47,832 nt of DNA, taken from assembly GCA_036259395.1 (NCBI GenBank), contig DATABV010000015.1, forward strand, positions 1-47,832, given 5' to 3'. The first letter of the stretch is position 1; each line of letters begins with the position of its first letter. Position numbers and translations under genes: made by a program. This DNA comes from Thermoleophilaceae bacterium. GTDB taxonomy: Bacteria > Actinomycetota > Thermoleophilia > Solirubrobacterales > Thermoleophilaceae. The notes beneath the pieces were generated by a model. The model did not search any database. It worked only from the letters and a program-made list of their open reading frames with translations, and had not been told where the DNA came from. Of this stretch, positions 1-8,279 are shown piece by piece.

Positions 1-1
1 G

Positions 2-517
2 GCCCCACCCCCCTCCCCGGGCCGCGACGAGACCCCGCTCGAGCGCACCGACCGCAACCTCTCCGAGCTGCTCGGAGAGCTGCGGGTCGCACTGCCGGGG
101 GTCCAGGTCCTGTTCGCGTTCCTGCTTATCGTCCCGTTCAACAGCCGCTTCGACGACGCCACGCCCTTCCAGCGCGACGTCTATCTCGCCACGCTGATCT
201 GCACCGCCTTTGCGTCGGCGCTACTGATCGCGCCGACGATGCACCACCGGCTCGAGTTCCGCCACGGCGACAAGGAGCACCTCGTCAAGCTCTCCAACCG
301 GCTGGCGATCGCCGGGCTGACGCTCGTCGCGCTCGCGATGACCGGCGTGACGGTCCTCGTGACCGACTTCGTCTTCGACACCGTCGAGGCGGTCGCGACG
401 ACGGGCGCCGTGGCGCTGGGGTTCGCGACGCTCTGGTTCGCAATGCCGCTGCAGCGGCGGCGGACGCTGAGCCGGCGGCGTGACTCCAAGCCCGCCCAGT
501 CGACCGATGACGGCTAG
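2..517 (+). CDS. DUF6328-like integral membrane protein, 5' end outside the window
   Basis: The frame is open from the window edge (phase from nt 2) to TAG at 515-517. Translation reads ...ETPLERTDRNLSELLGELRVALPGVQVLFAFLLIVPFNSRF...APTMHHRLEFRHGDKEH..., followed by hydrophobic helices. I recognise the pattern from memory as DUF6328. The frame is GC3-rich. Confidence 0.6.
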   Translation, partial: APPPSPGRDETPLERTDRNLSELLGELRVALPGVQVLFAFLLIVPFNSRFDDATPFQRDVYLATLICTAFASALLIAPTMHHRLEFRHGDKEHLVKLSNRLAIAGLTLVALAMTGVTVLVTDFVFDTVEAVATTGAVALGFATLWFAMPLQRRRTLSRRRDSKPAQSTDDG

Positions 518-1611
518 ACGCAGCGCACGCCGGACCAGTCGTGCGTCTCGAGCACCATGTACTCGATGAAGTAGGCGATGCAGCCGGGCCCGTCGCCGCC
601 AGGGGGCAGCACGGGCGCGCAGTCGGGATGGCGCGGGTCGTCGCCGTGGGTGGCGGCGCACCAGGCGTACCAGGCCGGCCGGCGGCTGAAGTCGCCGTCG
701 AGCAGGCCGGTGTCCCAGTCGGGACCGCCGCCGCGCATGTTGTAGTAGGCGACGCGCTTGACGCGCGGGTGGTTGGCGAGCACCTCGGCGATCCATTCCA
801 CGCGCGCCGCCTGCGCGGCGGAATCGCCCTCGTGGTGGGCGCCGACCTCGGTCACCCAGATGTCCTTGTCGGGCGGTACGAGCGCCGCGAACGCGTCGGT
901 GAACGTCGCCGGCGCGGTCGGCTCGACCGCGCGCTTGACGTCGCCGTAGGGGTGGAGGGCGACGACGTCGCCCCAGCCCCCGCCGGCCGCCGTCGAGTAG
1001 GTGGTCACATACTCGGTGAAGGAGGCGAGCGACCCGGCGTCGAGGAAGTCGGGTGAGGTGATCAGCGCGCTGGGGTCGTGGCGACGGACGACCTCCTGGA
1101 AGGCGAGGTAGTAGCCGGCGAGCGTGAGCGCGGGCAGCGGCGCCTGGCCCGCCGGGTCCTCCTTCGGCCGCCAGGCGATGTTCGGCTCGTTGGCGGGGCC
1201 CCAGACGTCAACGACCGGGGCTAGCTGCTGGACGAGCGGCTCGACCTTGGCGCGGTACTCGTCGGCGGTAGGGAAATAGCCCTCGGGGCCGACGTTGGCC
1301 GGGTTGTTGGAACGCAGCGTGAGGATCACCTGCTGTGCGCCCTGGAGGCGAGCCTCGGCGATCATCGCCTGCGTGCGGGTCATCCACTCGGGACGGTCGA
1401 CGGTGTTCCAGATCGTCTGCAGCCGAAAGACCCTCGGCCCTAGCTTCGCGAAGTCGCCGCCCAGGGCGGGCAGCGCGCCGGGGTTAGCGAAGTCCCAGTC
1501 GTCGTCGGCGACGAAGAGGCCCCAGCCGTCGCGCGAGTTGGCGGCGGTGGCGGGCGCCGCGCCGCCTAGGACGAGGCCGAGGCAGGCGAGGATCGGGAGC
1601 AGGCGACGCAC
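514..1611 (-). CDS. Secreted glycoside hydrolase, clan GH-A (beta/alpha)8-like
   Basis: 365-aa ORF with signal peptide MRRLLPILACLGLVLGGAAPATAA. WGPANEPN (NEP acid/base) and IWVTEVG (nucleophile Glu) are spaced as in clan GH-A enzymes. The exact GH family cannot be assigned by eye. Confidence 0.65.
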   Translation of the reverse strand: MRRLLPILACLGLVLGGAAPATAANSRDGWGLFVADDDWDFANPGALPALGGDFAKLGPRVFRLQTIWNTVDRPEWMTRTQAMIAEARLQGAQQVILTLRSNNPANVGPEGYFPTADEYRAKVEPLVQQLAPVVDVWGPANEPNIAWRPKEDPAGQAPLPALTLAGYYLAFQEVVRRHDPSALITSPDFLDAGSLASFTEYVTTYSTAAGGGWGDVVALHPYGDVKRAVEPTAPATFTDAFAALVPPDKDIWVTEVGAHHEGDSAAQAARVEWIAEVLANHPRVKRVAYYNMRGGGPDWDTGLLDGDFSRRPAWYAWCAATHGDDPRHPDCAPVLPPGGDGPGCIAYFIEYMVLETHDWSGVRCV

Positions 1612-1632
1612 AGCGCCCGAGGTTAGTGGCGA

Positions 1633-2355
1633 TCAGGCGCCGGTGAGACGGAACAGCGCGAAGTCGTTGCCACCGACGCCGTCGAGCATGCCGGTGCCGT
1701 CGAAGAGCTGGAGCACGAGCTCGTGCTCGTCAGCCAGCCGCTCGCACGTCGGCCGCACCGAGGGCCATGCGGCATCGTCCATCACCACGAAGCCGCCCGG
1801 CCGAACCTTCGGCAGGAACAGCGCGACGTCGCGCTCGACCGCGGCGCGGTCATGGTTGCCGTCGACATGGAGCAGGTCGATGCTCGCGGGCGCAAAGTCG
1901 TCCGCGGCATCCTCGGAGCGCTTGCGCACGATCCGGCAGTGGCAGTCGATGCCGAGCGTCGCGATTCGCGCCTGAACGTCGTCGTGTATCCCCTGCCAGT
2001 CCACCTGCTGCGCCCACGAGGCGAGGTCGATCGAGCGGCCGTGCGAATCCGACTGGACCGCCGCCGCGGCCGAGTACGGGTCAACGCCGATCGCCTCGCC
2101 GTCTAGCGCGCGCATCAAAATGCCGAGCGGGAGCAGCAGACGCCCGCGGTAGACGCCGATCTCGACGACGTGGCGCAGGCGGTTGGCGACGATCGCGTCG
2201 GCGATCGCGAGCACCTTGAGCGCGCTTGCGCCCCCGCCCTCGTCGACGCGGATCTCGCCGTTGAGGCGGCTCATCTCATCGCGCAGCGTGTCTGGCAGCA
2301 ACCGCCCCGGACGGGCGTCGGCGGTGTCGGCGGAGGCCACGCCGCCACTGTACAT
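1633..2355 (-). CDS. Class I SAM-dependent methyltransferase (Methyltransf_24/TylF-like)
   Basis: Trimmed from the 339-aa track ORF to ATG at 2355. The upstream part is Arg/Gly-rich and would run into the divergent gene. Motifs: VVEIGVYRG (motif I), LLHVDGNHD, PGGFVVMDD. Confidence 0.8.
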   Translation of the reverse strand: MYSGGVASADTADARPGRLLPDTLRDEMSRLNGEIRVDEGGGASALKVLAIADAIVANRLRHVVEIGVYRGRLLLPLGILMRALDGEAIGVDPYSAAAAVQSDSHGRSIDLASWAQQVDWQGIHDDVQARIATLGIDCHCRIVRKRSEDAADDFAPASIDLLHVDGNHDRAAVERDVALFLPKVRPGGFVVMDDAAWPSVRPTCERLADEHELVLQLFDGTGMLDGVGGNDFALFRLTGA

Positions 2356-2385
2356 ATCGTCGGTGGCGTCTACGCTCTCGCTCGC

Positions 2386-3552
2386 ATGAGGATCCCCGGA
2401 CCGACCGCGGCCGGCGAAAGCGCGTCGTCTCCGCTCCGTTTCCAGCGACCATCCCTGCCGAGCGGCGACGCGATCGAGCGGTACCTCTCGCTCGCCCGCG
2501 AGGAGCGCTGGTTCTCGAACGGCGGACCGTGCTGGAAGCTGCTGCGCGACCGCCTGTCCGAGCGCGTCGGTGCCTACTGCGTGCCCGTCGCCAGCGGGAC
2601 GGTCGGCCTGATGGCAGCGGTCGCGGCCGTCGCCGGGGACGCCCCACCTCACTCAAAGGCGCTACTGCCATCGTTCACCTTCGCGGCCACGGTGCAGGCG
2701 GCGATCTGGACAGGGCTCGATCCGTTGCTGCTCGACGTCGATTCCGCCGGCTGGCACATGGACTGCGCGCAGCTGGAGGAGGAGCTGCACGCCGCCGGCG
2801 CGACGGCCGCCCTCGCGCTAGTGGTCTCCTCCTTCGGCACGCCACCGCCGCCGGCTACGCGCCAGCGCTGGGAGCAGGCATGCCGTGCAGCCGGGGTCCC
2901 GTTGGTCATCGACTCGGCGGCCGGGTTCGGCGCGATCGCCGCCGACGGTGTGCCGATCGGCGCGCAGGGTGATGTCGAGGTCGTCTCCTTCCATGCCACC
3001 AAGCCGTTCGCGATCGGCGAGGGCGGCGCGGTCTTCTCGCACGACGCACGGCTGATCGAGCGTATCGAGCGCACGGTGAACTTCGGCCTCGACCGCGACC
3101 GGTCGGTCGTCGACCCGCGCGGGCTCAACGGCAAGATGAGCGAGCTGCATGCGGCGACCGCCCTCGCCGTCCTCGACGAGCTCGACTCGATCCTCGCAGC
3201 ACGGCGCGGAGCGGCTGCGGAGGTGCGCGAGCGGGCCGGCGCGGACGTCTCCTGGCAGGCCGAGAGCGAACGCTCGGCGTGGCAGTTCGTACCGGTCGCG
3301 TTCGCCGACGCGCGGGCACGCGGCGAGGCGCAGGAGCGTTGTGCGGCGAGGATCGAGACACGCGTCTACTACGAGCCGCTGCACCACATGCCCGCGTATC
3401 GCGAGCTGCCGCACGCCAGCGGAGGGCTGTCGGTCACCGAGCGGCTCGCGCAGCGGCTGCTCTGCCTGCCGATGGCCAACGACCTCACGAGCTCGGAGGC
3501 CGTCCGGATCGCGACCGCGATCCGCGGGCGGGCCGCTCAGCCGGCCGGCTGA
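2386..3552 (+). CDS. DegT/DnrJ/EryC1/StrS-family PLP-dependent sugar aminotransferase
   Basis: ATG 2386 lies inside the 460-aa track ORF. Motifs: RWFSNGGPCWKLL, VASGTVGL, VVSFHATKPFAIGEGGAV (Schiff-base Lys), NGKMSELHAA, LCLPMANDL. Confidence 0.9.
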   Translation: MRIPGPTAAGESASSPLRFQRPSLPSGDAIERYLSLAREERWFSNGGPCWKLLRDRLSERVGAYCVPVASGTVGLMAAVAAVAGDAPPHSKALLPSFTFAATVQAAIWTGLDPLLLDVDSAGWHMDCAQLEEELHAAGATAALALVVSSFGTPPPPATRQRWEQACRAAGVPLVIDSAAGFGAIAADGVPIGAQGDVEVVSFHATKPFAIGEGGAVFSHDARLIERIERTVNFGLDRDRSVVDPRGLNGKMSELHAATALAVLDELDSILAARRGAAAEVRERAGADVSWQAESERSAWQFVPVAFADARARGEAQERCAARIETRVYYEPLHHMPAYRELPHASGGLSVTERLAQRLLCLPMANDLTSSEAVRIATAIRGRAAQPAG

Positions 3553-4187
3553 GCGCGGCGCAGTGGGCGCGCCGGGACGCCGACCACTGTCGAGCCGGCG
3601 GCCACGTCGGAGACGACCGCCGCGCCGGCGCCGACGACAGCGCCTCCGCCGACGCAGACGTCGGGGCGGATCACCGCTCCCGAGCCGACCTCCGACTCGC
3701 ACTCGACCGTCACGCGCCCCGCGAGTACCGCGCCGGGATCGATCACGACGGCGTCGGCGAGTCGCGCGTCGTGCTCGACGATCGCCCCGCTGTTGATTAG
3801 GACGCCGCGGCCGAGCGAAGCTCCCGCGCCGACGGTCGCGTTCGGGAGCACCTGGCAGCCAGCGGCGAGCGTCGCGCTCGCCGTCACGTGCGCGCTCGGA
3901 TGGATCAGCACAGGGAGCGCGAGGCCGGCGGCCTCGACGGCCTCGACCACCTTCGCGCGCCCGCGCGCCACGCCGAAGCCCAACACGACCGCCTCGACGC
4001 CCTCCCCAACCAGCCGCCCGAGCGCACCGCGATCCCCGATGACCTCGAGCCCCGCGACGCGGTTGCCGCGGTTCTCCGGCCGGTCGTCGAGAAGACCGAC
4101 CAGCTCGAGGCCGCTGTCAGCGCCGAACAACTCGACGACGACGCCAGCGTGGCCGTCGGACCGCGACCCGTAGACGACGGCACGCAC
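3537..4187 (-). CDS. NeuD/PglD/PerB-type sugar N-acetyltransferase (Rossmann-like N-domain plus left-handed beta-helix)
   Basis: 216 aa. The N-terminal MRAVVYGSRSDGHAGVVVELF...VGLLDD region is followed by hexapeptide repeats (NATVGAGASLGRGVLINSGAIVEHDARLADAVVIDPGAVLAGRV...). It overlaps the convergent aminotransferase by 16 nt. Confidence 0.85.
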   Translation of the reverse strand: MRAVVYGSRSDGHAGVVVELFGADSGLELVGLLDDRPENRGNRVAGLEVIGDRGALGRLVGEGVEAVVLGFGVARGRAKVVEAVEAAGLALPVLIHPSAHVTASATLAAGCQVLPNATVGAGASLGRGVLINSGAIVEHDARLADAVVIDPGAVLAGRVTVECESEVGSGAVIRPDVCVGGGAVVGAGAAVVSDVAAGSTVVGVPARPLRRAQPAG

Positions 4188-4189
4188 GG

Positions 4190-5425
4190 TCAGCGCACCG
4201 CCGCTATGTCGCTCGAGAAGCCCATCGCGGCGAGCTTCTGCGCGGCGCCGTGACGAACGTCCATCCGCGATCGCAGCCGCTCACTGCCGGCGCTGGCGAC
4301 TCGCCGCGCCCATGCCGGATCGGCGGCGAGACGCTCGAGCGTCGCGCGGACCGCGGCGGGCCGCGCTACACGCTCGAGGTAGTGGACCTCCGGCTCGAGC
4401 ACGCGGTGGTCGGCCGCGGGATTGGCCGACACGAGCAGGCAGCCGCTGCTCATCGCGTCAGCGGCCGCCTGGGTCGGAAAGCCGTCGGTGACGCCCTGGT
4501 AGCTGCCTGGCGGGCCCGCCGCCTCGGCCTTCACCGGTGAGAGGAAGACATGGACCTCGCGGTGCAGCTCGCGCAGCTCGGCCGGCGATAGCCAGCCGTG
4601 GAAGGTCGCAAGGCCGGGCGGCAGCTCGTCGCGCCGCTGCTCGTGGGGGCCGACGACGTGAAGGTGGAACGCCTCGGGCTCCAGGTCGCGGAAGGCCTCG
4701 AGCGCCACGTCGAGCCCTTTGCGCGGCGGCGCGTCGGCGGCGAAGAGGCAGGTCAGCGGACGCGGCCGCTCCCAACGCTCGGAGCTGACCACGTAGAACC
4801 GCGTCTCGGTGAACGCCTGGTCCACCTCGGTGACGCCTGGGACCGTATCGAGCACCTCGCGCACGTACGAGAACGTCGTGTCGAGCCGCGCGGCGAGCTC
4901 GCGTACGCGGGCCAGCCCGTGTGGGGTCGGCGTGAAGCCGCCGCCCGGGTACACGCTGCCATGGAGCCGTATCCCCGACCGCTCGAAGACGGCGGACATG
5001 TCGAACGGCCGGAAGGGATGGCCAGCCTCCTCGTCGGTCGTCGGTTCCATCCCGCAGAGTCCCTCGAGGAATATCTGGAAGACCCCATAGGCGTCGGTGA
5101 TCCCGGCGCCTGGAGCGATCGTGGGCAGCTCGGCCAGCGGATGCACTGGCGCCGGGAACGGATCGGTCATCTCCCACATCGAGAAGAACAGCGTGTCCGG
5201 CAGGAGGTCGTGGATCGCCGCCGCCTCGTGGTAACGAAACCCGCTCCGCTGCCAGGGGAAGGTGGCGTCAAGGAAGGCTAGGCGCTGGCGGCGGCCGCGG
5301 CGCAGGCGGCCGCGCGCTCTCCCGAGGGCGGCGGCGGCGCGGCTCGGCTGCACAAGCCGCGGGCGCTCCTGTCCGCGGTCGCGCGCCGGCAGGCCGTAGA
5401 AGTCGACGAGGTCGGCGAACTGCAC
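4190..5425 (-). CDS. Glycosyltransferase, GT-B fold (GT4/GT1-like C-domain)
   Basis: 411 aa with GTG start at 5425, preceded by a TAGTCT box 6 nt upstream. The C-terminal half reads LFAADAPPRKGLDVALEAF...HLHVVGP...FHGWLSPAELRELH...VFLSP...DGFPTQAAADAMSSGCLLV, typical of a GT-B C-domain. The N-domain family is unclear. Confidence 0.7.
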   Translation of the reverse strand: MQFADLVDFYGLPARDRGQERPRLVQPSRAAAALGRARGRLRRGRRQRLAFLDATFPWQRSGFRYHEAAAIHDLLPDTLFFSMWEMTDPFPAPVHPLAELPTIAPGAGITDAYGVFQIFLEGLCGMEPTTDEEAGHPFRPFDMSAVFERSGIRLHGSVYPGGGFTPTPHGLARVRELAARLDTTFSYVREVLDTVPGVTEVDQAFTETRFYVVSSERWERPRPLTCLFAADAPPRKGLDVALEAFRDLEPEAFHLHVVGPHEQRRDELPPGLATFHGWLSPAELRELHREVHVFLSPVKAEAAGPPGSYQGVTDGFPTQAAADAMSSGCLLVSANPAADHRVLEPEVHYLERVARPAAVRATLERLAADPAWARRVASAGSERLRSRMDVRHGAAQKLAAMGFSSDIAAVR

Positions 5426-5431
5426 GGCCGC

Positions 5432-5437
5432 AGACTA
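5432..5437 (-). promoter_or_regulatory. -10-like box TAGTCT, 6 nt upstream of GTG 5425 (leaderless-type arrangement)
   Basis: The minus strand reads TAGTCTGCGGCCGTG. The 12-mer TCTGCGGCCGTG recurs at 45237-45248 in front of another GT gene. Confidence 0.45.
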
Positions 5438-5495
5438 GTCGTCGCACCCACGCCCCAGGGCTGTCCCGCCGCGGTCGCGGCGAGCGGATCGAGGC

Positions 5496-5501
5496 TAGGC
5501 T
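5496..5501 (+). promoter_or_regulatory. -10-like box TAGGCT, 8 nt upstream of ATG 5510
   Basis: The sequence is TAGGCTgcgccggcATG, with no Shine-Dalgarno sequence in between. The same hexamer occurs at 30656. Confidence 0.4.
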
Positions 5502-5509
5502 GCGCCGGC

Positions 5510-6397
5510 ATGACCGATCCCGAGGGGCAGCTGGATGCGCTCGCGCGCCGGCTCGAGGAGCTGGCGAGCGAGCTGGCCGCCGTCCGCGAGCTCGCCGCGC
5601 GCGCGTACGACGACACACCGGCGCTCGCCCGGCGGCTGTTCGAGCGGCGTCGGTCGCCCGAGTGGCAGGACGCATACGCCGCCGGCCCACTGGTCAGCGT
5701 CCGGATCGGCACCTATCGCGGCGGGGACCTGCTGTTCGACCGGACGCTCGCCAGCGTGCTCGCGCAGTCCTACGAGCACTGGGAGGCGATCGTCGTCTGC
5801 GACGGCCAAGAGCCCGAGACGGCGGCGCGCATTGCGGCGCTTGGCGATCCGCGCGTCCGCTGCTTTCAGCGCCCCCGACCTGGGCCCTATCCCGAGGAGC
5901 AGCGCGCCCGTTGGCATGTAGCGGGCAGCTTCCCTTTCAACGAGGCGGTGGGGCGTGCGCGCGGCGCCTGGATCGCGCCGCTGGACCATGACGACGAGTG
6001 GACGGCGGACCATCTGGAGCTGCTGCTGGAGCAGGCGCGGCGGACCCGCGCCGAGGTCGTGTACGGCGCGTTTCGCGCGCTCGTCGCCGACGCGGGCGAG
6101 ACGTGGTTCGGAGCCTGGCCGCCGCGCCAGGGCGACTTCGGTTTCCAGGCCGCGATCTACCACGCCGGCCTCGCCGACGCTCTCTACGACGCCAACGCGC
6201 ACCTGCTCGACGAGCCGGGCGACTGGAACCTCGCCCGCCGCCTGCTCGAGGCTGGCGTACGTTGGGACTTCGTCGATCGCGTCGTCGGCACCTACTACGT
6301 CGACGCCGACGCCGCCACCCTCGACTGGTGGCGCGAGCGCGTGGCCAGCCGCGGCGCGCACCCCGACAGCGCGGCAAGCGACCTGCCGCCGGACTAG
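5510..6397 (+). CDS. Family 2 glycosyltransferase (GT-A) with a short N-terminal helical segment
   Basis: 295 aa. The N-terminal segment is GQLDALARRLEELASELAAVRELAARA. GT2 features: VSVRIGTYRGG...SVLAQSYEHWEAIVVCDG...IAPLDHDDEW (DxD). Confidence 0.8.
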   Translation: MTDPEGQLDALARRLEELASELAAVRELAARAYDDTPALARRLFERRRSPEWQDAYAAGPLVSVRIGTYRGGDLLFDRTLASVLAQSYEHWEAIVVCDGQEPETAARIAALGDPRVRCFQRPRPGPYPEEQRARWHVAGSFPFNEAVGRARGAWIAPLDHDDEWTADHLELLLEQARRTRAEVVYGAFRALVADAGETWFGAWPPRQGDFGFQAAIYHAGLADALYDANAHLLDEPGDWNLARRLLEAGVRWDFVDRVVGTYYVDADAATLDWWRERVASRGAHPDSAASDLPPD

Positions 6398-6407
6398 TCT
6401 GCCCGCG

Positions 6408-8270
6408 ATGCCCGGCCTGCCCCGCATCTGCATCGTCTCCGCGAGCGGTCAGAACGTCTTCTTCGCCGAGATCCTCGAGGCATTCGGCGACGCCCTGCGC
6501 GACCACGGAGCTGTGGTCGAGCAGTCCGTCGACTGCTTCCCGCCGGCCGCCGAAGACCTGGTCTGCCTCTACGTCCCGCACGAGTACCACCCACTCGTGC
6601 AGGAGCCCGCTCATCCCACGCCCGTCCAGCTCGGTCGCTCGGTCGCGCTCTGCACCGAGCAGCCCGGAACCCAGTGGTTCGAGCTTGCCACGGACGTAGC
6701 AGCCCGCGCTGGAGGGGTTGTCGACATCAACGCGCTCGGCGCGCGCGAGCTCGAGCGGCGCGGCATCGCGGTCGAGCACGCGCCGCTCGGTTACGTCCCG
6801 AGCTGGGACGCCTGGCATGGCCGCGAGACGGGCGAGCGATCGATCGACCTCGCGTTCCTCGGCAGTCACACCGATCGCCGGGCGGGAGCGCTCGCACGTT
6901 GCGCCCCCGTCCTCCGCGGGCGGCGCGCCGCCATCAACATGGTCGAGTCGGTGCAGCCGCACATCGCCGGCAGCGGTTCGTTCCTGTCGCACGACCGCAA
7001 GTGGCGGTTGCTCGCCGACACCAAGGCGATCCTCAACGTCCATCGGACACCCCTCGGCTACATGGAGTGGCACCGGATCGTCGGAGCGGCGCTCAACGGC
7101 TGCGTGGTGCTCAGCGAGCACTCGCTCGGCGTGGAGCCCTTCGTCCCCGGTGAGCACTACATCTCGGCGAGCTACGACACGCTGCCAGAGGCGCTCGAGG
7201 GGCTGCTGAGTGATACCGACCTGCAACGGGCCACGCGCCAGGCGGCCTACGAGCTGCTGCGCGAGCGGATGCCGATGTCGACGGCCGTCGATGCGCTGCT
7301 GGCGGCGGCGGAGCGCGCCGCGCGCGGACCGCTGCGAACCTCGGGCGTCGCGTCGGTGCCCGGCGTTCCGATGCCGAAGCCGCCGCCGCCGCGCCAGCCC
7401 GACTGGGCGGCGTTCGCAACGGAGGTCGGCGATCAGCTGCCGGTGCGGATGGCCCTGAAGCACCTCGTCGTCCACACGCGCAATCTGGAGCGGCGAATCG
7501 AGAAGCTGGCGAGCGGGGACGGCGAGCAGCCAGCCGAGGACGTGGTCGAGCGGCTCGGTCCCGACGTCGACGACGTGCGCGTCAGCGTGCTGCTGACCGT
7601 CCACAACTACGCGGACTACGTCGGCCAGGCGCTGCACAGCGTCGCGCTCAGCGACCTGCGCGAGATCGAGGTCGTCGCGGTCGACGACGCGTCCACCGAC
7701 GACTCCGTCGACGCGATCCGTACAGCCTGCGCCGAAGTGCCCTGGCTGCCCGTCACGCTGGTGCGACGTGGCCGCAACGGCGGGCTGCCCGCCGCACGGA
7801 ACCTGGCGCTCGCGCACGCGCGCGCCGACCTACTGTTCGTCCTCGACGCCGACAACGCCGTGCTGCCCGAGGGGATCGGGCGACTGGCGCAGGCGCTCGA
7901 CGACGATCGCGAGGCCGCGTTCGCGTACGGCATCATCGAGGCCTTCAGCACAAGCGGGCCCGTCGGCGTGATGAACTGGCTCGACTGGGACCCCGACCGT
8001 CTGCGCTATGGCAACTACATCGACGCGATGTCGATGATCCGGCGGTCGACGCTGGAGGCCGTCGGTGGGTATTCGACCGAGCCGGCACTCTACGGCTGGG
8101 AGGATTTCGCCCTCTGGTGCGCGATAGCGAGCAACGGGCTCCGCGGCGTTCGGGTCCCAGACTTCGTGGCGCGCTACCGGGTCAGCGGGCACTCGATGAT
8201 CTCGCTCACCAACATCGACAGCTCGGCCGCCTGGGCGACGCTGCTGCGCAAGTATCCGGCGCTGGCATAG
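6408..8270 (+). CDS. Two-domain glycosyltransferase (N-terminal GT-B/CgeB-like domain plus C-terminal GT2 domain)
   Basis: ATG 6408 lies inside the 771-aa track ORF; the upstream part is Arg/Ser/Pro-rich. The N-domain reads MPGLPRICIVSASGQNVFF...ILNVHRTPLGYMEWHRIVGAALNGCVVLSE. The C-domain reads VSVLLTVHNYADYVGQALHSV...VVAVDDASTDDS...LFVLDADN...YGWEDFALW. Confidence 0.8.
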   Translation: MPGLPRICIVSASGQNVFFAEILEAFGDALRDHGAVVEQSVDCFPPAAEDLVCLYVPHEYHPLVQEPAHPTPVQLGRSVALCTEQPGTQWFELATDVAARAGGVVDINALGARELERRGIAVEHAPLGYVPSWDAWHGRETGERSIDLAFLGSHTDRRAGALARCAPVLRGRRAAINMVESVQPHIAGSGSFLSHDRKWRLLADTKAILNVHRTPLGYMEWHRIVGAALNGCVVLSEHSLGVEPFVPGEHYISASYDTLPEALEGLLSDTDLQRATRQAAYELLRERMPMSTAVDALLAAAERAARGPLRTSGVASVPGVPMPKPPPPRQPDWAAFATEVGDQLPVRMALKHLVVHTRNLERRIEKLASGDGEQPAEDVVERLGPDVDDVRVSVLLTVHNYADYVGQALHSVALSDLREIEVVAVDDASTDDSVDAIRTACAEVPWLPVTLVRRGRNGGLPAARNLALAHARADLLFVLDADNAVLPEGIGRLAQALDDDREAAFAYGIIEAFSTSGPVGVMNWLDWDPDRLRYGNYIDAMSMIRRSTLEAVGGYSTEPALYGWEDFALWCAIASNGLRGVRVPDFVARYRVSGHSMISLTNIDSSAAWATLLRKYPALA

Positions 8271-8279
8271 ATTGCCGTC

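Noticed and set aside
221-796. A 191-aa minus-strand ORF, plus 181-489 (-), spanning the DUF6328 and hydrolase genes
   Set aside because: They have Arg-rich shadow-frame composition and are antisense to, or out of frame with, ORFs that have membrane-protein or hydrolase features.
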